Sequence record: SRR20825006_1576 | DNA length: 59,388 bases | Strand: one strand, 5' to 3' | In this document: piece by piece, positions 1-9,155 of the stretch | Numbering within the stretch: position 1 is the first letter of the stretch | How the letters are laid out: each line of letters starts with the position of its first letter | Program-made: the position numbers and the translations under genes | The notes under the pieces: model-generated | Seen by the model: the letters and a program-made list of their open reading frames with translations, nothing else | Told to the model about the DNA's origin: nothing | Database searches by the model: none

Positions 1-512
1 AAACAACGCAGGGTGCTGCCGGTATCAGGGTCAAGCCGTTCTCAGACGTGAGCTTTATTCTGGAAGCTGCAAAGTATTTCAAAATCGGTCGCAACAGCAT
101 CGACGATTTTCTCTTGCGAGCGGCCATCTCGGACGGGTTCAACACGGATCTCATGCCCGGCCTGCAATCATGGTGGACCGGTCAATACTACGGCGAGATC
201 GGACGGTATCTTGCCAGCGCTCAGAACTTTGCTTCCGGTAATGCCCGTTTCGGGCGCAGCTATCGCGTCGGTGACATAGACAGTAACCTGATCGTGACGC
301 CCTTTGTTGGCATTGCCGCCGATTACAATAACACCTATGCAACGGACACTGCGCTCGGTGCCGGTCCCGGATTGCATTTACGCTACTGGTTTAATGAAAC
401 GAAATACAAAGCCCCGACGTCGCACATTGATCTGGACGTGCAATATCGCCTGAGACTGGCTGGCGACGACCGGGCTAACGGCTGGTTCGTGATACTCAAC
501 ACAACGTTTTGA
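1..512 (+). CDS. nfrA: NfrA-family outer-membrane beta-barrel protein, C-terminal part (5' end lies outside the window)
   Basis: The frame is open from base 3 (TTQGAAGIRVKPFSDVSF...). The C-terminus GAGPGLHLRYWFNETKYKAPTSHIDLDVQYRLRLAGDDRANGWF..F matches the NfrA C-terminal pattern as I recall it and ends in Phe like other outer-membrane proteins. A YbcH-like gene follows. Confidence 0.75.
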   Translation, partial: TTQGAAGIRVKPFSDVSFILEAAKYFKIGRNSIDDFLLRAAISDGFNTDLMPGLQSWWTGQYYGEIGRYLASAQNFASGNARFGRSYRVGDIDSNLIVTPFVGIAADYNNTYATDTALGAGPGLHLRYWFNETKYKAPTSHIDLDVQYRLRLAGDDRANGWFVILNTTF

Positions 513-1417
513 AACAGCGACTTCAGATGCAATTGCGGCCAAAGTTCATTCAACAACCTTGTCGCAGAACTGGTGTGTTGGTTGTTCTGTTTCTGGCCAT
601 AGCCGCAGGCTTAATATGGCTGACCAGAGAGGATCACATACGCCCGGCCTGGCTTGGTGGTGACCCTGTTTCGGGCGTGGTCTGGCAATTGGATACCGAT
701 ACTGTCGCGCCTGACGGTAATTGGCAGGAACTGGGAACAAACACATTGCTGGTGCAATGGATTGATGTGAATGGCATCGGTTTCTATCCGGAAACCGGTT
801 CCCCTGCCCCTCGCCTCCCGGACTGGAAAACCATTTCGCAGCAGCCCTGGGCAGAGCAAGTCATTCTTGGCCTTGCGGGCGACTTTTCAGAAAACCAGTC
901 ACGCGCCAACATAATGCAGCTGGCACGCACCTCAGCACAGATATCCGATACGACACTTCCGCTGAACGTTACCGGTTACTACTTTCCTGTCGAAGTCGAC
1001 CCAACATGGAATGCAGCACCGAAAGTCATGACGAAGGCTCTGGAACAGTTGCCACGACCTTTATGGATCAGTGTTTATGATGGTTCCAATATTGGTGGCG
1101 ATGCCCTTGCTGCATGGCTTGCCGACTGGTTGCCAGATGATGTGGGTATTTTCTTTCAGGACGGTGTCGGTGTCGAAGCACGCTCACCCGACGTAGCGCG
1201 GCAGTATGCAGATGCTCTGGCCGCACGCCTCGGAAAAGATCGCGTTCGCGTTATTGTCGAAGCCTTTCGGCCGGGAACGAAGCAGATGTTCCGTCCGGCT
1301 ACGGCAGATGAAATCGCACCTCAGATCAAAGCCATGCGAGGATACGACATCTATCTTTTTGATGGTCCGCACTACCTCGACAAACAAGCCGTAAAAGCAA
1401 TCAGGAATGCGCTTTGA
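509..1417 (+). CDS. YbcH/DUF4434-like putative periplasmic glycoside hydrolase
   Basis: N-terminal hydrophobic anchor; motifs LLVQW, VILGL, GYYFPVEVD, FFQDGVG and VEAF. Overlaps the nfrA-like stop. Alternative ATG at 527. Confidence 0.7.
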   Translation: MKQRLQMQLRPKFIQQPCRRTGVLVVLFLAIAAGLIWLTREDHIRPAWLGGDPVSGVVWQLDTDTVAPDGNWQELGTNTLLVQWIDVNGIGFYPETGSPAPRLPDWKTISQQPWAEQVILGLAGDFSENQSRANIMQLARTSAQISDTTLPLNVTGYYFPVEVDPTWNAAPKVMTKALEQLPRPLWISVYDGSNIGGDALAAWLADWLPDDVGIFFQDGVGVEARSPDVARQYADALAARLGKDRVRVIVEAFRPGTKQMFRPATADEIAPQIKAMRGYDIYLFDGPHYLDKQAVKAIRNAL

Positions 1418-1463
1418 AAGCATAAAGTCGCCACCAGACCGAACGCCATGGTGCAATGACCGC

Positions 1464-3389
1464 TCACGGCAGCGGCAGCCCGAGTTGGCTGGCATAAGAA
1501 CGCAGCTCAGGCGATGTCGGGTTTGCGGCAAGCGCTTCGGAAACCACACCGGACACCGCCTGTTTTCCTTCAAGTGCAGCTGTCAGACGAATAATCATGC
1601 TCCAGGCATCAAGCCGTTGTGGATCAAGGGCAACGGACAAGCGGAACTCGGAAAGTGCCGTCTCATAATCTCGGTTTGTCAGGGCATTGCCCGCCAGAAC
1701 CAGATGCGTCTCCGGGAAATCCAGACGATAATTCTGCGACTTTTGCCAGTCAGCCAGAATCGCATCGTAATCAATCCGGTCGGGTGGTGGCAGCTTCTCA
1801 ACCGGAAGGCCGAAGAATTGCCTGAGGGCTGCGAACCTGACCGTGCGGGAAGGATCTTTCAGCAACGGTTTCAGCGCTACAATGGCGTCATCCTTCGAAG
1901 CACCGGGCTGCGTTCCTGCAGCTCCGGCACGGATCAGAGGATTGTCATCTTTCAGAAGGTTCGCGGTTTGATCGGCAGTGCCCGCATCCTGTGCCGGTCT
2001 TAAAAGTGCCAGAGCGGTTGTTCTTACGATATCTGCCGTATCTTCATCATTGGCGATCTCGACGAGCCGCTCCTTTGCCCGTTGAGGATCTTGTGCCGCC
2101 ATGGCGAAAGTCTCACCAAAATGCGGACCGCGATTCTGCGAATCGGGAAACCAGTCTTCAATCGTCTCTGCGGCCCAGTCTGCCGTTTTGTCGGCATGGC
2201 ATGTGGTACAGGCATCCGGTGCACCGGTTCGCGCGGCAAGATCCGGCCGGGGAATGCGGAAACTGTGGTCGGCACGCCAGTCATTGCCCATGTATACATG
2301 CTCCGGCATATGACAGTTCTTGCACTCTGCCCCAGCCGTTCCGATTTCATGGTGATGATGCTCCGGAGTGTCATATTCCTTCAACTCAAGTGTAGGAAAG
2401 TCGACATTGCCCGCCGGAGAGTGACACTGCGTGCACACGGCATTGCCTTCCGCGATCAGCTTGGTCGTATGTGGGTCGTGACAGTTGAGACAGCCAACCC
2501 CTTCTTCATACATTTTTGATTGAAGGAAAGAGCCATAGACATAAACCTCACCACGAATCTGGCCGTCGGGATAATACAGTCCGGGTGTCAGTGGGGTAAG
2601 GCGGTAGGCATCATGATAAGCTGTGCCGGGTAACGGATTTCCATCGCCATATGCCTCGCGGCGGGAATGACAGCCTGCGCATTGTTGTATCCAGCCTTCA
2701 GTGCCCGCTTCAGTGTTCATTGTAAGGCCATAACCTGGGTCAGCGGCAGCTTCTTCTTCCGAATGCGCCTCCATCCAGTTCACATGATCAGCCCCCGGAC
2801 CATGGCAGGCCTCGCAGCCAACGCCAATCTCGGCCTCGGTAGAATGATATGTGTTCGTTTCAGCATCGAAACGCTTTTCAAAACCGGTAGCATGACACTC
2901 GGCGCAGCGCGCATTCCAGTTCTTGTAGGGTCCGGTCCAGTGCATCCCGTCATCAGGCGGCAAAACCTGATCTGGATACATATGGAACCACCTTTTCTTC
3001 TCCGTGTCCCAGACGACATCAAAGCTTTGCAGACGCCCCGGTTCGGTCTCAAACAGATATTGCTGCAATGGCTCAATGCCGACGACCGAATGCACATCGC
3101 GCTTTGTTGTTGTGCCGTCCGCTTCAGTTACAAGCGCATGGTAGCCCTCATCATCCTTTGAGAAGGTGATGGACATGCCGGTTCCCTCAAACGTCGTACC
3201 ATCAAAGTCGGCGCGAATGTTATCAGCTTCTGCAGCCGTCCAGGCCCGCTCGTGATCCGAGCCAATCCAGGCATCTGTTTCGTAGGCGTGACAGTCTGCG
3301 CAACGTTCAGAGCCAACATAGCGCGGCGCATCCTGCGCAAACAGCATGGTTGGTAGGAAAAACAGAAAACAGATCGCGCGGAATATCAT
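1464..3389 (-). CDS. Periplasmic octaheme c-type cytochrome with C-terminal HEAT/TPR-like helical repeats
   Basis: Signal peptide, then 8 CxxCH motifs (CADCH, CAECH, CEACH, CAGCH, CLNCH, CTQCH, CKNCH, CTTCH). HEAT-like units LLKDDNPLIRAGA and LLKDPSRTVRFAA. Confidence 0.9.
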   Translation of the reverse strand: MIFRAICFLFFLPTMLFAQDAPRYVGSERCADCHAYETDAWIGSDHERAWTAAEADNIRADFDGTTFEGTGMSITFSKDDEGYHALVTEADGTTTKRDVHSVVGIEPLQQYLFETEPGRLQSFDVVWDTEKKRWFHMYPDQVLPPDDGMHWTGPYKNWNARCAECHATGFEKRFDAETNTYHSTEAEIGVGCEACHGPGADHVNWMEAHSEEEAAADPGYGLTMNTEAGTEGWIQQCAGCHSRREAYGDGNPLPGTAYHDAYRLTPLTPGLYYPDGQIRGEVYVYGSFLQSKMYEEGVGCLNCHDPHTTKLIAEGNAVCTQCHSPAGNVDFPTLELKEYDTPEHHHHEIGTAGAECKNCHMPEHVYMGNDWRADHSFRIPRPDLAARTGAPDACTTCHADKTADWAAETIEDWFPDSQNRGPHFGETFAMAAQDPQRAKERLVEIANDEDTADIVRTTALALLRPAQDAGTADQTANLLKDDNPLIRAGAAGTQPGASKDDAIVALKPLLKDPSRTVRFAALRQFFGLPVEKLPPPDRIDYDAILADWQKSQNYRLDFPETHLVLAGNALTNRDYETALSEFRLSVALDPQRLDAWSMIIRLTAALEGKQAVSGVVSEALAANPTSPELRSYASQLGLPLP

Positions 3390-3468
3390 CAAATATCAGC
3401 CTTACGGGGCCCTGCACCCAGGAGAAGTATTCCGGCCGCAGCGTAAATGTTGCGGCGGGTTGAAGTTT

Positions 3469-4494
3469 TCACTTCGTTTCAGGCGAAAAAATCTCTGCCC
3501 AGTCATTCTTCATGCTGATCACGGTCCAGTCACTTGCCTCGGCTTCATCAAGTGTCTTTTGTGAAAAATGACCGAAGGGTGAATCGGGCAAGCCACCAGC
3601 CGGCCCGTATGCATATTCCCGCGTCGCATCATCATGGTGCACCAGCATCATCAATGTTGCGGTCGGTCCGGCCCCCGTCCATTCGAGCATTTCACGATCG
3701 CCATCGGAATTACCAAAGGCAGCAACGGGACGCTTGCCGATAAAGGCGTTGATGCCAACAGGCTTACCGCCCTTGTCGTCATCGAAGGCCAGTTGCGACA
3801 AGCGTGTCAGCTGTGGATTGCCATCGACAATCTCGTATTTCGTCTTTATCGCCGAACCGATAACCTGTTCGGAAGGAACACCATAAACCTCTTCTGTGAT
3901 AACACGCATGAACTCTATGCCGCCGCCCGAAACGATATAGGTTTTGAAATCATTGGCACGCATATAGTCGAGTAATTCCAGCATCGGCTGATAGGCAAGC
4001 TCAGTATAGGGCCGGTCGAACCGTGGATGTTTCGCCGTCTTGAACCACTCCGAAACGATGGTTTCAAACTCGGCCGTACTCATACCGGCATGGGTCGCCA
4101 TGACCAGTTGGGCAATGCCTTTTTTGCCTGATTTTGCCAGCGTCTTCATGTCACCTTCAAGCGCGGATTTGAACGGCTCTGTCGTGTTCCATTCCGGGTG
4201 CTGCGGCTCCAGCGCCTTGACGCGGTCCAGCGCGAAGGCAAGCTGAGTGTACATCGGATGCTCGGTCCAGAGTGTGCCGTCATTGTCGAAAACGGCAATC
4301 CGTTCGGTCGGAGCAACATAGTTCGGGTTGGTCTTGTCCGTGGCAGTTGCCATGAAGTCGAGGATCGCTTGCTTGGTATCGCCTTCATTCCACGAGGGAA
4401 GCGGATCTGGTTGCTGCGCATGGGCCAATGCGCTCAGGGCGATGAATAAAACGGGGGCTGCCAATGCCGCCCGGACTACACGCATCATGCTCAT
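3469..4494 (-). CDS. Exported HAD-family hydrolase (nonspecific acid phosphatase-like)
   Basis: Signal peptide ending ALAHA; HAD motifs FDNDGTL, IVSGG and GNSDGD. GGAGG RBS before the ATG at 4494. Confidence 0.85.
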   Translation of the reverse strand: MSMMRVVRAALAAPVLFIALSALAHAQQPDPLPSWNEGDTKQAILDFMATATDKTNPNYVAPTERIAVFDNDGTLWTEHPMYTQLAFALDRVKALEPQHPEWNTTEPFKSALEGDMKTLAKSGKKGIAQLVMATHAGMSTAEFETIVSEWFKTAKHPRFDRPYTELAYQPMLELLDYMRANDFKTYIVSGGGIEFMRVITEEVYGVPSEQVIGSAIKTKYEIVDGNPQLTRLSQLAFDDDKGGKPVGINAFIGKRPVAAFGNSDGDREMLEWTGAGPTATLMMLVHHDDATREYAYGPAGGLPDSPFGHFSQKTLDEAEASDWTVISMKNDWAEIFSPETK

Positions 4495-4578
4495 TGTCTG
4501 TCCTCCATTTCGTCGTCCGATCAATGAATGCGCTTCCGTTTTATCGGCGACAATATCAGATATTGTTCGGCTTATTGG

Positions 4579-4606
4579 AAAAAGGACGGCCCGAGGGCCG
4601 TCCTTT
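4579..4606 (-). terminator. Intrinsic terminator or stabilising hairpin after the sulfatase gene
   Basis: AAAGGACGGCC-CGAG-GGCCGTCCTTT, with a short U tract on the minus strand. Confidence 0.7.
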
Positions 4607-4631
4607 CATATGGAAATGCAACGATCTGCAC

Positions 4632-6374
4632 CTATTCCTTGGCGGCAGAAGAATTCCTGACCTGCTGAATTACTGAATCAAGGTTATAAGCTGCCGGATG
4701 CTGCAATGGCGGGAACTCCTTGTAGCTTTCCAGCTCTTTCATCCACAATGCCTGGCCGATCGGCAGCATGTTCCAGTCATAGGCGTAAGCCGTGGCAGGG
4801 GCGCCAAGCGCACCACCAGGGCCGTTGAACGTTTTGCTGAACGTGCCGATCGACTGCTCAAACGGGTCTCGCTTGATGTTGACCACCTGTGTCCAGCTGA
4901 ACGTTTCGACACCGTTGAAGGTTTTGGCTGGGTCCTGATCGACCATGGCAAAGTACATTTTCCAGTTCTTGTAACGAACCGCAGATGCTGTCTTGCCAGA
5001 ATAGTAGAAGAAGGTATCGCGTTTCGACTCCCCTTCACCGGTCAGTGAAGCAATCTGATTGACGCCGTCAATCGTCGTTTTGACGATACCGGGATACTTT
5101 CCGGCCTCGATTTCTTTTTTGAGATCATCACCCTTCGGGCCACCAGCGACTTCGACCAGTGTCGGAAGCCAGTCAAGCGCTGCGAAAATGTCGTTATTGA
5201 CCGTACCAGGCTTGATGTGATCAGGCCAGCGCACGACGAGCGGCACACGCATTCCGCCTTCCCAGGTGGTCAACTTGCCTCCGGCAAAGGGCGTTACGCC
5301 GCCATCGGGGAAAGTAATGGTCTCAGCCCCGTTATCGGTGGTGAAAACGACGATGGTGTTGTCCAGCTCGCCCATATCCTCAAGCTTCTGCAGGACCAGA
5401 CCGATGTTGTCATCAAGCTGCTTCATCGCGGCTTCGTTCACGCCCCAGTCCTTGCCGCCCCTGGTGCCAAGCATGTCGGCATATTTGTCGGAAAGCATGG
5501 TGGTGACGTGCATACGTGCAGGATTATACCAGACAAAGAACGGTTTTCCGGTCTTTTCCGGATCCTTGCGATCCAGGAAGTCGACAACCTTGGCAGAAAT
5601 TTCCTCATCTATGGTCTTGGAACGATCAAGCGTGATCGGCCCCTCATCGGTGCAGCTTTGATTAGCCTCGGTGCCATCCGATGATGAGCAGGCAATAACC
5701 GGCCGTGGTGGCGTCATGCAGAGACCCTCCGAGGGGTCGATTGCGCCGGGTGGATCCGAAAGTCCCGGAACCGGTGTGTTGGTGCAGGCCGGAACAATGG
5801 CCTGTTCGTTCGGACTGGAGTTGATATCAGGGAAACTGACGCCCTGCATGGCATCCAGATGATAAAGATAGCCCCAGAATTCCTCGAACCCATGGGCTGT
5901 CGGCAACGATTCAGCTGTATCTCCCAGATGGTTCTTTCCGAATTCACCCGTCGTATAGCCGAGGTCACGCAGGAAAACCGCCAGAGATGGCGTGCCCTTG
6001 CGCAGATAGGATTCTGATCCTGGAATCTCGGGAAGAAGCATGCCGGCGCGCACCGGGTTCATACCAGTAAAAAAGGCCGTACGTCCCGCAGTGCAGCTCT
6101 GTTCTGCATAGTAGTCGGTGAACATCGCACCTTCTTCGCCGATCCGGTCGATATTCGGTGTTTCCCCGACCATAAGACCGCGGTGATAGATGCCTGGCTG
6201 CATGTAGCCGACATCATCAGCCATGATGAACATGATGTTTGGCTGCTTGTCGGTTGAAGTGCTGCCTGCGCTATCCTGAGCAAAGGAGCTGACATTGGCC
6301 AGTATCGATGCGCCAAGAGCTGTGGCTACAACAGCCCCCGTTCTGGTCAATCGCTTGTTCCTGGATCTACCCAT
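4632..6374 (-). CDS. Exported arylsulfatase-family (formylglycine-dependent) hydrolase
   Basis: PNIMFIMADDVG, SCTAGRTAFFTG (Cys-type CxAxR), GKNHLG, TTDNG and WEGGMRVP. N-terminal signal peptide; GGAGG upstream. Confidence 0.9.
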   Translation of the reverse strand: MGRSRNKRLTRTGAVVATALGASILANVSSFAQDSAGSTSTDKQPNIMFIMADDVGYMQPGIYHRGLMVGETPNIDRIGEEGAMFTDYYAEQSCTAGRTAFFTGMNPVRAGMLLPEIPGSESYLRKGTPSLAVFLRDLGYTTGEFGKNHLGDTAESLPTAHGFEEFWGYLYHLDAMQGVSFPDINSSPNEQAIVPACTNTPVPGLSDPPGAIDPSEGLCMTPPRPVIACSSSDGTEANQSCTDEGPITLDRSKTIDEEISAKVVDFLDRKDPEKTGKPFFVWYNPARMHVTTMLSDKYADMLGTRGGKDWGVNEAAMKQLDDNIGLVLQKLEDMGELDNTIVVFTTDNGAETITFPDGGVTPFAGGKLTTWEGGMRVPLVVRWPDHIKPGTVNNDIFAALDWLPTLVEVAGGPKGDDLKKEIEAGKYPGIVKTTIDGVNQIASLTGEGESKRDTFFYYSGKTASAVRYKNWKMYFAMVDQDPAKTFNGVETFSWTQVVNIKRDPFEQSIGTFSKTFNGPGGALGAPATAYAYDWNMLPIGQALWMKELESYKEFPPLQHPAAYNLDSVIQQVRNSSAAKE

Positions 6375-6726
6375 CAATTATTATCCCTCCGTGCGCTTTG
6401 GTTTCCCGCTGCGTCATGAAAATGGTTGTCTTTTCACGTTGATCTTCTGGTTGCATTTGTGAAACCAAACGTTGGTGACCCAAACAGAAACTGAATGGCT
6501 CTGCTCTCGCCATTTAAGGCTTGTAACCCATCGATTGCACACTAAAGTTGCCTCTTAGGATCACGATGGTGCACCCTGCCAAATCAGAGTGCCTGAGATC
6601 CGACCGGCGGTATTGCACCAATTCCACGCGATTTGACTCGGTTTACACCTTTATTCCGGTGCTCTTTCCGGGTACTCCGAATTGAAATACACCGCTTTTC
6701 ATTTCGCGTCATTTGTGGAGGTCAAA

Positions 6727-7779
6727 ATGCGGAAAAAGGCCGGATCAATCACTCTTACACGCCTAAGGGGAATCGGATCACTTCCTCGCGCAATCGAGAG
6801 TAGTGCCGGAGAAACCGGGCTGGTAAAAGTGTTGCAGCGTGTCGGCCTTCCAATCGAAGCTCTGGACAAACAGAATCTGCCGATACCGCTCTCGCTGATG
6901 AGTGATCTTTTCGCACAAAGTGCGGCGCTGCTAGACGATCGCACACTCGGGGTTCGCATTGGTGAAAAGATGACGCATGAAGCTTATGGACGCTGGGTCA
7001 GCTATTGCGCGCAGGGTCTCAGCCTCAAGCATGGACTAAGACGTGTCTGTTCTACGAGCTGGTCACAAATGTCCGATTTTGAAATGACTCTGAAGGAAGA
7101 AAATGGTTTATGGGTCTGGCGCTACACGCCGTCGATCCCGCATACCAATGTCATGCACTATTCTGACCATGTCATATTTCCAATGCTGAGTTTCGCTCGG
7201 ATTTACCTTGGCAAAGACTGGCGCCCGGATTGGATCGAGGTCAATTATCCGCGCGATCCCTCAATTCAGTTAGTCGAAACATTTCTACAGATATCATTGC
7301 GATGCAGCGGGCGCGGAATTGCATTTCCGTTTTCCGCTGAACAGCTTTCAAGACTAAATCCGAACCGAAAGCTTACATTCTCCAAGGCATTATCGCTGAA
7401 CGACGTAACAGCAGACGTCGTTTTAAACAGCGCCCCCGAGCCGGTCCGCTCCTTTTCCGCTATTGTCTCGTTGAGACTGCTGGACGGCAAGAGCGACCTT
7501 GATGGTGCAGCAAGAATGGCAGGAATGAGCCTGCAAGGCCTGCAGCGCCGCCTTCGATCATCCGGTTACACCTACAAAGAGGTGCTTGAAGTCGCGCAAC
7601 GCATCCGCGCCGTAACCCTTTTAACACAAACGTCACTTTCAGTTGCTGAGATCGCTTTTGCGCTTGGTTACGATGAACATGCCAATTTTACGCGGGCATT
7701 CAACAGATGGACAGGCTTGTCCCCCTCCGCCTATCGGTTCAATTACGGAATCGATTCTCAGGCGTTGATACTCAAGTAA
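6727..7779 (+). CDS. AraC-family transcriptional regulator
   Basis: C-terminal AraC HTH (LQRRLR...SVAEIAFALGYDEHANFTRAFNRWTGLSPSAYR). GGAG before the ATG at 6727; divergent from the sulfatase gene. Confidence 0.9.
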   Translation: MRKKAGSITLTRLRGIGSLPRAIESSAGETGLVKVLQRVGLPIEALDKQNLPIPLSLMSDLFAQSAALLDDRTLGVRIGEKMTHEAYGRWVSYCAQGLSLKHGLRRVCSTSWSQMSDFEMTLKEENGLWVWRYTPSIPHTNVMHYSDHVIFPMLSFARIYLGKDWRPDWIEVNYPRDPSIQLVETFLQISLRCSGRGIAFPFSAEQLSRLNPNRKLTFSKALSLNDVTADVVLNSAPEPVRSFSAIVSLRLLDGKSDLDGAARMAGMSLQGLQRRLRSSGYTYKEVLEVAQRIRAVTLLTQTSLSVAEIAFALGYDEHANFTRAFNRWTGLSPSAYRFNYGIDSQALILK

Positions 7780-7853
7780 TGTGAGCACGTCCGATCTTGC
7801 TGATGAACCAGCATACATGGTCAGAGCTGCAGTTAACTCACCTCACGACAAGC

Positions 7854-9032
7854 TTACGCTTTCGGTAACGCCGAACCATTCAGACCACCCATAACATCCA
7901 GGACGACAGAAGCCGCCATATCGCCTGGAGGTGCGTCAGTATGCATGGCCTGCCAGACACCTTCAAATCCATTCATCATGGCACTTCGCTGAAGTGTATC
8001 GGTCGATAAAATCTCCATCCAGCGTGCCAATGCTCCGGCACGAATTGTATCGTTAAAGTGTTCTGGAACGATAGGACTATCAGCAATCAGGTTTGGCAAA
8101 GAAGCCGACCAGACAGTAATATTCCTTGCAATCAAACGCCCTATAAAGTCGGCCTTATAAGCCGATACAACAGGCACACCACTTAAGGCCAGCTCCAGAA
8201 CAACAGTCCCAGACGCTGCAACAGCGGCGTCCGCCTCGGCGAAAGCACGCCATTTTCCCTCGTCCCCAACGATAACGTCCGGCTTAACAGGCCAGTCCGC
8301 CAATGCCTCGCGCACCTGTGCTTCACGATATCGCACTGTTGGCATCAACAAACGAATATCTTCATTGCGCAAAGCAAGCTGCTGCGCAACATCCCTCAAT
8401 ATAGGCATCAACGCTTTGATTTCACCGCGACGCGAACCGGGCAGCAGCAGCACTGTCCGTGCTTTTTCGCGTCCACATGTGCGCACAGCCGAACGCGCCG
8501 CAACAACCCCTTCGACTTGCGTCAAACGGTGCCCGACGAATGTTGTCGGCGGACCATGCAGCCTTTGCATTGCCTCCGGTTCGAATGGCAGCACGGCAAG
8601 AACATGATCAACATAGGCATTCATTTCGCGGGCACGATATTCTTTCCAGGCCCACACACTGGGACATACATAGTTGATGATCGGAATATCGGGGAGCGCC
8701 TTTCGCACGCGTTTAGCCACGCGGTGTGTAAAGTCAGGGCTGTCGATAATGATCAAAATATCAGGTCTGGCCGCGATCAAACTGTCCGCAGTCTGACGAA
8801 TACGACGAATAAGGCGAGGCAGGTTCGCAATGACCTGCGTGAACCCCATGATCGACAGTTCTGAGTAGTCGAACAACGACGTAAGGCCTTCGGCCTTCAA
8901 CGCATCACCGCCGACTCCAACCAGAGAAACCTCTCCGCTGACACGCTTCTTGAGCGCCGCGATCAAATCGCCTCCCAGAAGATCTCCTGAAACCTCGCCG
9001 GCAACAACACCAACCGAAAGTTTTTCCGACAT
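7854..9032 (-). CDS. lpxB: Lipid-A-disaccharide synthase
   Basis: AGEVSGDLLG, IDSPDF, YVCPSVWAW, LLPGSR and ASGT motifs; operon position. Confidence 0.95.
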   Translation of the reverse strand: MSEKLSVGVVAGEVSGDLLGGDLIAALKKRVSGEVSLVGVGGDALKAEGLTSLFDYSELSIMGFTQVIANLPRLIRRIRQTADSLIAARPDILIIIDSPDFTHRVAKRVRKALPDIPIINYVCPSVWAWKEYRAREMNAYVDHVLAVLPFEPEAMQRLHGPPTTFVGHRLTQVEGVVAARSAVRTCGREKARTVLLLPGSRRGEIKALMPILRDVAQQLALRNEDIRLLMPTVRYREAQVREALADWPVKPDVIVGDEGKWRAFAEADAAVAASGTVVLELALSGVPVVSAYKADFIGRLIARNITVWSASLPNLIADSPIVPEHFNDTIRAGALARWMEILSTDTLQRSAMMNGFEGVWQAMHTDAPPGDMAASVVLDVMGGLNGSALPKA

Positions 9033-9155
9033 GAGCCTATCTCCCGTGCGTTCCAGAATAGCTCCAGGACATTTGAACGTTGCTTTTCCGCCTGGGACTT
9101 TTTTGAAGATCGTGACCCGGCGCCATTTTGATTTTCCACGATACAAGGCAGCGTT

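Noticed and set aside
6567-6620. Inverted repeat TGGTGCA...TGCACCA between the sulfatase and AraC genes, considered as a riboswitch
   Set aside because: Only 7 bp, with no riboswitch consensus that I recognise; could be chance.
9033-9146. 38-aa N-terminal extension of LpxB in the ORF track, and similar extensions on Tsf, EipB, PstS and PsuG
   Set aside because: Family similarity, and in several cases an RBS, supports the downstream starts.
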